64,000 nt of DNA, taken from NCBI GenBank assembly GCA_035524955.1, contig DATLFG010000105.1, positions 7,093 to 71,092 on the forward strand, read 5' to 3'. The translations under genes were made by a program, and so were the position numbers. This stretch comes from Candidatus Limnocylindria bacterium. GTDB lineage: Bacteria; Methylomirabilota; Methylomirabilia; Rokubacteriales; CSP1-6. Position 1 is the first letter of the stretch. Every line of letters starts with the position of its first letter. The notes below the pieces were generated by a model. That model ran no database searches. It saw only the letters and a program-made list of their open reading frames with translations, and had not been told where the DNA came from. This document shows, piece after piece, positions 30,045 to 40,197 of the stretch.

Positions 30045-30530
30045 ATGACCTACGAGCCGAGCGACAAGATCGGAACCCTGACCGACACCGAGCTGGCCAC
30101 GTTCCTGGACGAGGCCTGGAACGGCCGCATCGCCACGATCAGCCCCGAGGGCTGGCCCTACGTCGCGCCCGTGTGGTACGAGTTCGAGCGGGCCACCCGG
30201 ACCTTCCTGGTGGTCGGGCGCGAGCGGGCGCAGTGGATCGCCCACATCCGCACGAACCCGCGCGTGGCCTTCCACGTGGCCGACGACGTGCACGCCCAAC
30301 ACACGCGGGTGCAGTCGCAGGCCACCGCCCGCATCCTGGAGGGGCCGATCGCCCCCACCGCGAGCCCGACCCTGCTCGAGCTGACCCACCGCCTCTCCCG
30401 CCGGTACCTCGGTCCCGACGGTCCGCGCTACGCCGAGAAGACCCTGGGGCGGCCCCGCGTGCTGGTCCGCCTGGAGCCGGTGACCTGGACCACCTGGACC
30501 GGCCAGGAGTGGCACCCGCGCTATCGCTGA
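30045..30530 (+). CDS. PPOX-class (pyridoxamine-5'-phosphate-oxidase-like) F420/FMN-binding split-barrel protein
   Basis: A 161-aa protein with TELATFLDEAWNGRIATISPEGWPYVAPVWYEF, typical of the F420-dependent PPOX subclass. Its ATG is 3 nt after the permease stop. Confidence 0.65.
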   Translation: MTYEPSDKIGTLTDTELATFLDEAWNGRIATISPEGWPYVAPVWYEFERATRTFLVVGRERAQWIAHIRTNPRVAFHVADDVHAQHTRVQSQATARILEGPIAPTASPTLLELTHRLSRRYLGPDGPRYAEKTLGRPRVLVRLEPVTWTTWTGQEWHPRYR

Positions 30531-30926
30531 ATGAAGCGCGCGCTCGTCATGTTCGCCCGGGCGCTCGGACGCCGCTGCCCCAGCTGCGGCGCAGGCCCGG
30601 TGATCACGCGGTGGATCCACACGGTGCCGGCCTGCCCGCGGTGCCGGCTGCGGCTGGACCGCGGCGAGTCCGACTACTTCCTGGGCGCGATCGTCTTCAA
30701 CATGGCCTTCGCGGAGGGCCTCTTCGCCGCGGCGCTGCTCGCGGTGCTGCTCTGGACCTGGCCGAACCCGCCGTGGGACGCGCTCTACTACGGCGGCATC
30801 CCCGGGCTGATCGTGGCGCCGATCCTCTTCTACCCCTACTCCAAGCTCCTCTGGCTCGCCTTCGACCTGCTCTTCCGCCCGCTCCGACCGACCGACTTCG
30901 AGCCTCCTCCTCCTCGCTCCGCGTAG
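30531..30926 (+). CDS. DUF983 family zinc-ribbon membrane protein
   Basis: CPSCG...CPRC zinc ribbon followed by two TM helices (DUF983 layout). It starts immediately after the preceding stop. Confidence 0.6.
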   Translation: MKRALVMFARALGRRCPSCGAGPVITRWIHTVPACPRCRLRLDRGESDYFLGAIVFNMAFAEGLFAAALLAVLLWTWPNPPWDALYYGGIPGLIVAPILFYPYSKLLWLAFDLLFRPLRPTDFEPPPPRSA

Positions 30927-31055
30927 CCGCGCCATGGCTCGCGCCGCAGTAGCCGCCGGGCTTTCCCACGGCCACGCTGGCCCAGCCGCGCACCTCGTCG
31001 AGCACGTCGACGACGTCATCGAGCCGCGCGGGCGGGCAGTATGCCACCGGTCAGC

Positions 31056-31517
31056 TCAGGGCGCGCGCCACTTCTGATGCAACGGGCGCATCGCGGGCGT
31101 CAGCACGTTCTCCCACCGCGTATGCATGACCCGCTCGATCCAGAGCTCGAAGAGCGTCTCCGACTCGTCCGCCATGTGCCGGGCGTCGCGCAGCACGGCG
31201 ATGCGCGTCGCGGGCTCGTCGACCAGCTGCGCGCGGCCGGCCACGTAGAACTCGTCGCTGCCCGGCTTCGGCTGGGGGAAGGTCTGCAGGGCGTAGCGGC
31301 CGTCCCGGACCAGGTCCGCGCGCTTGGGAGACGTGGGGGTGATCAGCACGTAGAGCCGCTCGCCCGAGATGACCGGGCACACCGGGTGCAGCCTGGGGGC
31401 CCCGTCCGGCCGGAGGGTGGCGAGGAACGCCAGCCCCACGCCGAACTGGTTGTACAGGCCGCGGCCTGCCTGCGCGAGATCGGGGGCCGCCGTCGCGAAG
31501 TCCGTCCAGGTGACCAT
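31056..31517 (-). CDS. pyridoxamine-5'-phosphate-oxidase-like FMN-binding family protein
   Basis: A 154-aa split-barrel-like protein (AFLATLRPDGAPRLHPVCPVISGERLYVLI). The internal ATG at 31517 abuts the AraC gene stop at 31519. Confidence 0.55.
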   Translation of the reverse strand: MVTWTDFATAAPDLAQAGRGLYNQFGVGLAFLATLRPDGAPRLHPVCPVISGERLYVLITPTSPKRADLVRDGRYALQTFPQPKPGSDEFYVAGRAQLVDEPATRIAVLRDARHMADESETLFELWIERVMHTRWENVLTPAMRPLHQKWRAP

Positions 31518-31518
31518 G

Positions 31519-32421
31519 TCAGAGTGGCCTGACCGGCGCGCAGAGATCGGCGCGGAACGCGCCCGGGCGCCCGCCGACCTGCGGGTTGCCCCGGTACAGC
31601 TCCAGGCACGGTCGGTCGTCCGGCTCGTACCCGCTGTCGGGCAGCCAGGACCGATAGAGGGCATCCCAGGCCAGAGGGATCCGGTGCGCGGTACCGGAGT
31701 ACCTGTTCACCGCATAGCGGCCGCCCGGTAGATCGATGAGGTTGACGAGGCGGTCGCTCTGGAAGTCCGGCGGGACCACCACGCAGGCATCGTACCGGCA
31801 CTTCTCGGGCGGCGTGACCCACGCGTCGTCGTGCCCGATGCCGATCCGCAGTCGATCCGCCTCGTCCAGGCCGCGCGTGCTTATCCATCGCCTGAACCGG
31901 ATCCAGAGGGCCGGGATGCCGCCGGCGCCATAGGGGCCGACATGGCGCATGTACGCGACGCGGTGGGGCGGCAGCTCCTGGATGCTCACGCGCATGCGGC
32001 GAGCCTGCACCCTCGCGCCGGGCCGCGCTTTGCCCGGCTTGCGAAGCGGTTTGCCGCGCTTGCTCCAGCGTCGGGCGCCGCCGGCCCGCCACTCGGTCGC
32101 GCTCGTGCCGAAGTGGGCCCGGAAGGCGCGGGCGAAGCCGGCGGCCGACGCGAAGCCGTGATCGAGCGCGACCGCGAGCACGCTCTGATCTGGGTGGTGG
32201 ATCAGCGAGACCGCGGCGCGCTCGAGCCTCTGTCGCTGGACGAAGGCCGACAGTGTCTCACCGGTGACCGTCCGGAAGACCCGGTGGAAGTGGAACGGCG
32301 AGAACAGGGCAATCCGCGCCAGGCGCTCGAGCGGGAGATCGTCCGCCAGGTGATCCCGGACGTGGTCGATCACCCGGTTGACCCGCTTCTCGTACTCGAG
32401 GCGGTTCGGGCCCGGCCGCAT
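31519..32421 (-). CDS. AraC-family transcriptional regulator with C-terminal GyrI-like effector-binding domain
   Basis: An N-terminal AraC HTH (FHFHRVFRTVTGETLSAFVQRQRLERA...ALDHGFASAAGFARAFRAHFG) is joined to a C-terminal GyrI-like/Rob-type domain (HRVAYMRHVGPYGAG...). Confidence 0.8.
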   Translation of the reverse strand: MRPGPNRLEYEKRVNRVIDHVRDHLADDLPLERLARIALFSPFHFHRVFRTVTGETLSAFVQRQRLERAAVSLIHHPDQSVLAVALDHGFASAAGFARAFRAHFGTSATEWRAGGARRWSKRGKPLRKPGKARPGARVQARRMRVSIQELPPHRVAYMRHVGPYGAGGIPALWIRFRRWISTRGLDEADRLRIGIGHDDAWVTPPEKCRYDACVVVPPDFQSDRLVNLIDLPGGRYAVNRYSGTAHRIPLAWDALYRSWLPDSGYEPDDRPCLELYRGNPQVGGRPGAFRADLCAPVRPL

Positions 32422-32441
32422 CGTCGATCCGGTGTTGCGGG

Positions 32442-32846
32442 CTACAGCCGGCCGTGCTGCTCGACCTGCTTCCAGTAGGTGTCCTTGTTCAGGATCTTGT
32501 CGCCGCGGAACTCGTAGAGATCGCAGCCCTGGTAGTTGAGGAGCTCGCCGTCCGCGCTCGTGCCGGTGACCATCCACACGGAGACCGCCCGATTGCCGGT
32601 CACGAAGTGATCGATGTGGTCCCAGCGCATGCCACTGATGACCTTGAAGCGGTCGGCCAGGACCTTCCCGATCGCCGCCCGCCCGTGAACGCGGCGCCCG
32701 CACGGCTCGGGGCCGCGGGCCATCAGGAACGTCGCGTCCTCCGCGAAGAAGGTCAGGATGCGGTCCACGTCACGGCTGTTGAAGGCGGCGTTGATCGCCA
32801 TGAGCAGGTCGATGCTGGGGCCGGTGGCGGTCGTGGTGGTCATCAT
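32442..32846 (-). CDS. SnoaL-like / NTF2-like family protein
   Basis: A 134-aa protein with the typical SnoaL_2 layout (IDLLMAINAAFNSRDVDRILTFFAEDATF...). Confidence 0.65.
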   Translation of the reverse strand: MMTTTTATGPSIDLLMAINAAFNSRDVDRILTFFAEDATFLMARGPEPCGRRVHGRAAIGKVLADRFKVISGMRWDHIDHFVTGNRAVSVWMVTGTSADGELLNYQGCDLYEFRGDKILNKDTYWKQVEQHGRL

Positions 32847-32897
32847 GGCAGGACTCTGCCCGCTCCGGGCCCGGAGGTCAAGCGGGTGGCCGCGAAC

Positions 32898-33209
32898 TCA
32901 CTCGCGAGGCTTCTCGGTCTCGGGAAGGCACTGATACTCCACGACCTTCGCCTTGGGATCCCACCGCCCCCCCTTCCATCCGGCGCGCAGGGTCCGGTTG
33001 ATGGCCGTGGTCATCGCCCCCTTGCACCAGCGCTCGCCCTCGTAGACCTGCGTCCGTCGCCACTCGCCGTGATCCCGGCCGTTGACATCGACCGGGCGCT
33101 CCCACAGCGTCCACCGATGCTCGGCGGGACCGGCGGCGACGGCAAGCACGCCGCAGAGCAGCGCGAGGAGGGCGCGGGCCCGCGTCCGCGAGGCGATCAG
33201 TCGCGGTAC
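32898..33209 (-). CDS. hypothetical secreted protein
   Basis: A signal-like stretch (RALLALLCGVLAVAAGPA) is followed by a Trp/Arg-rich domain with two Cys. The start is uncertain. Confidence 0.3.
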   Translation of the reverse strand, partial: VPRLIASRTRARALLALLCGVLAVAAGPAEHRWTLWERPVDVNGRDHGEWRRTQVYEGERWCKGAMTTAINRTLRAGWKGGRWDPKAKVVEYQCLPETEKPRE

Positions 33210-33388
33210 TCGCAGTGGCCGCTGATCAGCGAATATGACCGTGACTCCTTCCACCAGCCGCCCGTACTGGCGCACCGGGCCGCCAGCTCTTCCTGCGTGT
33301 AGGCCGGCGGGACCGGGACGCCGGAGCAGGCCGTCAGCGCCAGCGTGCCGAGCAGCACGCCCAGCGCGGTTATCCGCAGGGTGCGCAT
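33197..33388 (-). CDS. small lipoprotein (about 64 aa)
   Basis: MRTLRITALGVLLGTLALTAC|SG contains a lipobox LTAC. Two further Cys residues are in the mature part. Confidence 0.4.
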   Translation of the reverse strand: MRTLRITALGVLLGTLALTACSGVPVPPAYTQEELAARCASTGGWWKESRSYSLISGHCEYRD

Positions 33389-33497
33389 ATGCGCCAGCAT
33401 ACTACCCCCGGCGTCGGGCCCTCTGCCCGGTTGTCCGGGGGCCGGTCCGGACGCTATCCTCCATGGCGCAGACTCCATTCCCCTCGAGGAGACAGCC

Positions 33498-34400
33498 ATG
33501 CGGATCGGGTTCGTGGGCCTGGGCACGATGGGTGGACCGATGGCGAGGCGGCTGGCCGCGCAGGGTCATCAGGTGACCGGCTACGACGTGGACGCGGCCC
33601 GCGCCGCGCGCGCTCGCGAGAGCGGGGTCATGCTGGCCACTTCTCCGGCCGGCGCCGCGGAGGGCGCCGACGCCGTGCTCTCGAGCCTGCCGGACCCGGC
33701 CGCGCTCCGGCGCGCCTACCTGGGCGCCGATGGCGTGCTCGGCACCGTGAGGTCGGGCGCCACCCTCATCGACCTGAGCACGGTGGACCCCGACACCTGG
33801 CGCGAGGTCGCGGTGGCCGCGCGGGCCAGGGGCGCGGACTGCCTCGACGCGCCGGTGAGCGGCGGCCCGGCCGAGGCGGGTACCGGGAAGCTGGTCTTCC
33901 TGGTCGGGGGCGACGCCGCGGTGCTGGAGCGGTGCCGCGCGCTGCTGATGACCCTGGGGACCGAGATCCACCACGTCGGCCCGCTGGGATCGGGCCAGAT
34001 CGTCAAGATCGTCAATAACGTGATGTCCATCGGCAACGTGGCGGTGGCCGCGGAGGCCATGGTGCTGGGCGTGAAGGCGGGGATGGACCCGCAGCGCCTC
34101 TTCGACATCCTGTCCACGAGCGGCGGGCGCTCGCACCATTTTCTCAAGCGATTTCCGAATGTTCTGGCCGGAGACTTCACGCCCTACTTCGGCATCGGGC
34201 TCTCGCGCAAGGATGTCTCCCTCGCGCTGGGCATGGCCGCCAAGCTCGAGGTGCCGATGCTCGTGGCGTCCACGGTGCGCCAGGTCTACGAGGCCGCGCA
34301 CGCCCAGGGTTTCGGCCAGCTCGACATGGCCGCGGTCACCCGGCTCTACGAGCACTGGACCGGCGTCACGGTACGCGCGAAGCCGGAGCCCGCCGACTAG
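33498..34400 (+). CDS. NAD(P)-dependent oxidoreductase, 3-hydroxyisobutyrate/6-phosphogluconate dehydrogenase-like
   Basis: MRIGFVGLGTMGGPMARRLA Rossmann motif with an NAD_binding_2 plus NAD_binding_11 layout. A GAGGAGA RBS is present. Confidence 0.85.
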   Translation: MRIGFVGLGTMGGPMARRLAAQGHQVTGYDVDAARAARARESGVMLATSPAGAAEGADAVLSSLPDPAALRRAYLGADGVLGTVRSGATLIDLSTVDPDTWREVAVAARARGADCLDAPVSGGPAEAGTGKLVFLVGGDAAVLERCRALLMTLGTEIHHVGPLGSGQIVKIVNNVMSIGNVAVAAEAMVLGVKAGMDPQRLFDILSTSGGRSHHFLKRFPNVLAGDFTPYFGIGLSRKDVSLALGMAAKLEVPMLVASTVRQVYEAAHAQGFGQLDMAAVTRLYEHWTGVTVRAKPEPAD

Positions 34401-35092
34401 ACCACGACGTACAGATCTCCGCTGTCCACCTTGAGCGGGTAGCTGCGGAGGCCCTCCAGCGCGTCGCCCCGCGGCGCGCCGGTCTTGATGTCGAACTGCC
34501 ACATGTGCTCGAGACAGGTCAGGACCGAGCCGTCGTGCATCCCCTGCTCCAGCGGGATGGTCTCGTGCGGGCACAGCGCCTGGAGGGCCACGTAGGCGTC
34601 GCCGGTGTGGACGATGAGGACGTTGACGCCTTCCACCGAGAACTCCTTCATCCCGTTGGCGGGCACCTCGGCGGCCGGGCCGACCCGCTTCCACGCGGGC
34701 GCCGGGTCGCCCGGGGGCCGGGCCTGGGCGCGCCCGGCGGCGGCCCGCTTGATGTCGGCCAGCTCGGCCTCGCTCACCTTGTTCGCGCCCGGCTTGCCGG
34801 GGTTATAGCGCAGCCGCTCCACCGGCCGGCCGGCCACGATGTGGGAGGTGACGATCTCGTCGAGGTCCGACTCCTGGACGCCCGCGTACCAGACGTCGTC
34901 CGGGTAGAAGACGATCATCGGACCCCGCCCGCACTGCGAGAAGCAGCCCGCCTTGTTGACGCGCATGTCGCCCGACCGGCCCATCTGCTTCGCCCGCTCC
35001 CGGAGGATCTTCACGAACTTCTCGGTGTCGCCCTGCTCCGGGCAGGTCTCGCCGCTCGTGCACACGAAGACGTGCTGCTCGTACTGGCCCAT
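34397..35092 (-). CDS. fusion protein: thioredoxin-like [2Fe-2S] ferredoxin (N) + Rieske [2Fe-2S] domain (C)
   Basis: The N-terminal 4-Cys thioredoxin-like ferredoxin pattern is VFVCTSGETC...AGCFSQCGRGP. The C-terminal Rieske motif is CPHE-x16-CLEH (CxH...CxxH). Confidence 0.8.
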   Translation of the reverse strand: MGQYEQHVFVCTSGETCPEQGDTEKFVKILRERAKQMGRSGDMRVNKAGCFSQCGRGPMIVFYPDDVWYAGVQESDLDEIVTSHIVAGRPVERLRYNPGKPGANKVSEAELADIKRAAAGRAQARPPGDPAPAWKRVGPAAEVPANGMKEFSVEGVNVLIVHTGDAYVALQALCPHETIPLEQGMHDGSVLTCLEHMWQFDIKTGAPRGDALEGLRSYPLKVDSGDLYVVV

Positions 35093-35123
35093 CGTCGCTC
35101 CTTTCGGTCCCAGCTGATCGATC

Positions 35124-36161
35124 CTAGCTGAACTTGTCGTACCGGATGTCGGCGGGCGATAGTCTCGCCTCGCGCAGCAGCAAACGCAAGCTCGCGTCCA
35201 CCATCGGGGGCGGACCCGCCACGTAGGCGCGGACGTCGGCGAAGCGGCCCTTCATGCGCTCGCCCGCCACCGCGTGGACGAGACCGCGCGCGAAGGCGAA
35301 CCCCGGATAGGCCGCGGGCAGCGACGCGGGCACGTCCTCGTCGGACAGCGCGATCGTGACCGCCAGGCGCGCCGGGCCGCGCGCCTGGAGCGCCTGCAGC
35401 TCGTCGAGGAAGAAGCCGTCGCGCTCCGAGCGCACCCCGAAGTAGATGTGGCCGTGCCAGCCGGCGAAGTGGCCGGCCTCGCCGGCGCGCTGGAGGATCG
35501 ACATCATGCCCGCGATCCCGCTGCCGCCCGCGATGCAGAGCACGTGCTTCGGGAGTCCGGGCCGGAAGGTCGCGTGCCCGAGGGGGCCGAAGAGGCCGAG
35601 GCGCGTGCCCTCGACCCCGACGCCGAAGAGCCACTCGCTCACCGCCCCGCCCGGCTTCTTCTTCACGACGAACGACAGGCGCCGGGCCGCCGGCTCGAAG
35701 TTCACCATGGAGTAGGCGCGGGCCCCCGTGATGCCCGGCACCGTAAGCAGGGCGAACTGACCCGCGTCGAAATCGAGCGGCCGGTCGAGGTCCACGTCGA
35801 ATGCGGCCACGTCGTGGGTCAGGCGGCGCCAGCCGCGCACGACGCCGCCCAGCGCGCCGGGGAGCAGGGCGCCGGGCTCGCCCGCCTTGAGCACGCCGAC
35901 CTCGAGCGCGCACTCCTCGCGCGCCACGCACTGGCACATCAGCAGCTCGGCCGGGTCCTTGAGGTAGCGGCCTCCGGGGGCGTCGGGCCACTCGCTCTCC
36001 ACCCGACCGCTCACCAGCCTGGCCTTGCACGTGCCGCAGGTCCCGGTGCCGCATTCGTACGGGAGCTCGACGCCGCTGCGGAGCCCGGCATGGAGGATCT
36101 TCTCGCCGGGCTCGCACTCGAACTCGTGCGCCCCGCTCCGGGCGGTGACGGAGATCTTCAC
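35124..36161 (-). CDS. oxygenase reductase component: N-terminal plant-type [2Fe-2S] ferredoxin + FAD/NAD(P)-binding FNR-like domains
   Basis: The ferredoxin motif is YECGTGTCGTCKARL...C. The FAD motif is RAYSMV, and the NAD motif is LCIAGGSGIAGMMSIL. The arrangement is BenC/MmoC-like. Confidence 0.85.
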   Translation of the reverse strand: MKISVTARSGAHEFECEPGEKILHAGLRSGVELPYECGTGTCGTCKARLVSGRVESEWPDAPGGRYLKDPAELLMCQCVAREECALEVGVLKAGEPGALLPGALGGVVRGWRRLTHDVAAFDVDLDRPLDFDAGQFALLTVPGITGARAYSMVNFEPAARRLSFVVKKKPGGAVSEWLFGVGVEGTRLGLFGPLGHATFRPGLPKHVLCIAGGSGIAGMMSILQRAGEAGHFAGWHGHIYFGVRSERDGFFLDELQALQARGPARLAVTIALSDEDVPASLPAAYPGFAFARGLVHAVAGERMKGRFADVRAYVAGPPPMVDASLRLLLREARLSPADIRYDKFS

Positions 36162-36168
36162 GGCCGGC

Positions 36169-36993
36169 TCACCCCGGCAGCCTCCAGTCGAGCCACGCGC
36201 AGAGGGCGCGGCCCATGATCAGCTCCTTGTCGCGCGCGGTGAGCCACGGGAGCTCCTCGGTGAACAGCGCCACGCACTGCCGCCAGGTGCACGGCATGCG
36301 CGTGATGTCCGTCCCCCAGAACAGCCGCTCCGGCCCGAAGGCTTCGTGGAGCCGGCGGAGGTGGGGGTGGATATTGCGGTAAGGATAGGGCTCGCTCGAG
36401 TAGCTGGGCGCTCCCGTGGCCTTGACCGCCACGTTCGGATGCTTCGCGAGCGCCAGGAGCTCCGACAGGTTGGCCCAGGCCGCCTCGTCCTTCGTGCGGT
36501 GCGGCCGGCCGAGATGGTCGACGATCAGCTTGAGCCCCGGGTGGCGCTCGGCCACCTGCCCGACGAGCGGCAGGAAGTCCGCCGCGAGCAGCGCCAGCGG
36601 CACTCCGGCCCGCTCGGCGGCCGGCCACAGCCAGTCCAGGGTGCCGTCCGTCGGCCAGCTCTTCTGGTGCGGCTGCAGGAAGACGAACCGTAACCCGAGC
36701 ATGCCCGGCTGGCGCGTCCAGCCGTCGATGAGACCGCGGCTCTCCGGTCGGTCGAGCGGGAACTTCCCGAGGATCGCCAGCCGGTCGGGGTGCTGGCGGG
36801 CGGCCTCGAGGGCGAGCCGATCCGAGCCCGGGTCCCAGCCCGGCGGGTGGATCACCGCCGCCTGGACGCCCGCCGCGTCCATCTCGGCGAGCAGCTCGTC
36901 CTTGGAGAACACCGACGTGGGGCGGTGGGGCGGCAGGGGCGTGCCGCTGCCCCAGATATGCACCTGGGCGTCGACGATCAGCACGGCAGGCAT
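36169..36993 (-). CDS. amidohydrolase-2 (ACMSD/LigW-like metal-dependent hydrolase/decarboxylase) family protein
   Basis: DAQVHIW at the N-terminus is the metal-binding HxH equivalent in a TIM-barrel amidohydrolase_2 layout, with DHLGRP and WGTD motifs. It ends 8 nt into the reductase start. Confidence 0.75.
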   Translation of the reverse strand: MPAVLIVDAQVHIWGSGTPLPPHRPTSVFSKDELLAEMDAAGVQAAVIHPPGWDPGSDRLALEAARQHPDRLAILGKFPLDRPESRGLIDGWTRQPGMLGLRFVFLQPHQKSWPTDGTLDWLWPAAERAGVPLALLAADFLPLVGQVAERHPGLKLIVDHLGRPHRTKDEAAWANLSELLALAKHPNVAVKATGAPSYSSEPYPYRNIHPHLRRLHEAFGPERLFWGTDITRMPCTWRQCVALFTEELPWLTARDKELIMGRALCAWLDWRLPG

Positions 36994-37040
36994 GGTCTCG
37001 CGGCCCGTGGAGCAGGTCAAGGTCGAAGCCGCTCGCTTGA

Positions 37041-38192
<1,152 letters not shown>

Positions 38193-38287
38193 TCCGGGTC
38201 ACGGCGGTCGCCCGGGGAGCTCGGCGAGCGGCCAGGGCTTCGGGCCAACGCACAGCACCACGCGGCGCCTGCGAGCTCCATCGGGTC

Positions 38288-39130
38288 CTAGACCGGCTTG
38301 TCGCCCGCGATCTGGACCCGACGCATGACCCGCCGGAACCGCCCCGCATCGTGAACGGCCAGGTGCTTGACGCAGCGATTGTCCCAGAACGCGACCGATC
38401 CGTTGGCCCACCGGAAGCGGCAGGTGAACTCGGGCCGGTGGCCGTGCTCGAGCAGGAAGCCGAGCAGGGGCGCGCTCTCGGCTTCCGTCATGTCCTCGAA
38501 GCGGATGGTGTAGGAGTGGTTGACGAAGAGCAGCTTGCGCCCGGTCTCGGGATGCGTGCGCACGACGGGGTGGGTGCTCACCGTCTCCTCCCAGCCCTCC
38601 TCGCGCACCTTCGTGGCCCGGTAGGCGTTCAACCCCGCCTGGGGCCCGGCCACCTTGCGATCGCTGTGGACGGCCCGCAGGCCCTCCAGCAGGCGCTTCA
38701 TGCCGTCGGACAGCGCCTCGTAGGCGAGGTACTGGCTGGCGAAGAGCGTGTCGCCGCCGTAGGGCGGCACCTCGATGGCGTAGAGGATGGCGCCCATCGG
38801 GGGCTCCGCCATCATGGTGGTGTCGGTGTGCCACTCCTCCCCCACGATGCGCAGGTCTCCGGGCTCGCGGCGGATCTCGATGATCTCCGGATCGGGGACG
38901 ACGGTCGCGTAGTTGGGGTGCACGAAGATGTCGCCGAAGCGCCGCGCGAACGCCTTGTGCCCGGCGGCATCGAACCGCTGGTCGCGGAAGAAGACGACGC
39001 AGTGATCCAGGAGCGCCCGTCGGATAGCGGCCACGCTCGCCTCGTCGAGATCGGCGCCCAGGTCCACGCCGTGGATCTCGGCCCCCAGGGAGCCGGTGAT
39101 GGGATGGACCTCGATCGCTCTCGCCGCCAT
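38288..39130 (-). CDS. TauD/TfdA-family Fe(II)/2-oxoglutarate-dependent dioxygenase
   Basis: The HxD...H facial triad context is WHTDTTMMAEPP...H. The fold is TauD-like, and a GGGGAGAGAGG RBS precedes the internal ATG. Confidence 0.85.
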   Translation of the reverse strand: MAARAIEVHPITGSLGAEIHGVDLGADLDEASVAAIRRALLDHCVVFFRDQRFDAAGHKAFARRFGDIFVHPNYATVVPDPEIIEIRREPGDLRIVGEEWHTDTTMMAEPPMGAILYAIEVPPYGGDTLFASQYLAYEALSDGMKRLLEGLRAVHSDRKVAGPQAGLNAYRATKVREEGWEETVSTHPVVRTHPETGRKLLFVNHSYTIRFEDMTEAESAPLLGFLLEHGHRPEFTCRFRWANGSVAFWDNRCVKHLAVHDAGRFRRVMRRVQIAGDKPV

Positions 39131-39147
39131 GTCCTCTCTCCCCGGGG

Positions 39148-39795
39148 TCAGTAGAGATTCTTCCGGTAGCCGTCCTGCAGGCGCTGGTCGAGCTCCTCCA
39201 CCGTCATGGTGTTGATCCGGGCGTGATCGCGGAACATCTGGGCGGGCGAGGCCAGCCCCTCCCGATCGGGCCAGCGCGCGGGGTCCCAGAGGCCGGAGCG
39301 CTTCACGCACTTCGCGCAATGGAGGAACGATTCCTCAACGGCCACCGCGATGGCGAGCTGCGGCGTCTTGCCCTGGGCGGCCAGGCGCGCCAGCCACTCG
39401 GGGTCGCGCACGATCCGGGCGCGGCCGTTGACCCGCAGCGTCTCCTCGCTGCCCGGTACCAGGAAGATGAGCCCGATGCCCGGGTTCTCGAGCAGGTTGC
39501 GCATCCCGTCGAAGCGCTTGTTGCCCGGGCGGTCCGGGATGAGCAGCGTCCGCTCGTCCACCACCAGGACGAAGCCGGGGGCGTCGCCCTTGGGGCTCAC
39601 GTCGCAGCGGCCCGAGCGATCCGCGGTGGCCACCAGCACGAAGGGTGACCGCGCGATGAAGGCCCTGCAGTGCTCGTCCAGCCGGCCGATGTCCTTGCGC
39701 AGCGCGATCTCGGAGGGCTCGCCCATCAGCGCGCGCAGCTCGTCGAGGGTTCCCACCACGTCCGTGAACTCCGTCGCCCCATCCGCTCCGCTCAT
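39148..39795 (-). CDS. PPOX-type FMN-dependent flavoprotein (MSMEG_1061-like family)
   Basis: Shows the MSMEG_1061 family layout at 215 aa (FIARSPFVLVATADRSGRCDVSPKGD...LHCAKCVKRSGLWDP). Confidence 0.7.
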   Translation of the reverse strand: MSGADGATEFTDVVGTLDELRALMGEPSEIALRKDIGRLDEHCRAFIARSPFVLVATADRSGRCDVSPKGDAPGFVLVVDERTLLIPDRPGNKRFDGMRNLLENPGIGLIFLVPGSEETLRVNGRARIVRDPEWLARLAAQGKTPQLAIAVAVEESFLHCAKCVKRSGLWDPARWPDREGLASPAQMFRDHARINTMTVEELDQRLQDGYRKNLY

Positions 39796-39891
39796 CCGCG
39801 GCCTCCCGGGAGGATCTCGTTCAGCCGATAGTGGGCCGGGTGTCCCCTCCCGGTCAAGGCCCGCGACCGCCGCGGTCTCTGCCCGGAGCCG

Positions 39892-40197
39892 CTACACGCG
39901 TTCGAGGAACGCGCGGTCCTCGATGAGGATGCAGCCGCTCTCCTCGGCGCGGCGCACGCTCTCGACGTTGTCGTCGTCCTTCGCGAGGCGCTCGCGGTAC
40001 TGCTCGTACGCCGCGAGACTGGGGAAGTCGATCAGGGCGAGCGCGAGGTTCGTCGGGCCGGCGAACCTCGTGGGCAGCCAGTAGCCGACGAGGTCGCCGC
40101 CGCAGCGGGGGATGATCCCACCGAGGGCCCGCGCGTACTGCTCGAAGTCCGCCCGCTTCCGGGCGTCGATCGTGTAGCGGATGCTGAGGGTGATCAT
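39892..40197 (-). CDS. NIPSNAP / Dabb-like stress-responsive alpha-beta barrel protein
   Basis: A 101-aa protein with the ferredoxin-like dimeric barrel pattern (MITLSIRYTIDARKRADFEQYARAL...). A GGGAGGAGAG RBS is present. It lies at the 3' end of a longer artifact ORF. Confidence 0.55.
   Translation of the reverse strand: MITLSIRYTIDARKRADFEQYARALGGIIPRCGGDLVGYWLPTRFAGPTNLALALIDFPSLAAYEQYRERLAKDDDNVESVRRAEESGCILIEDRAFLERV

Noticed and set aside
38199-38834. 211-aa minus-strand ORF
   Set aside because: It is out of frame with the TauD-family gene and overlaps it, with no domain signal.
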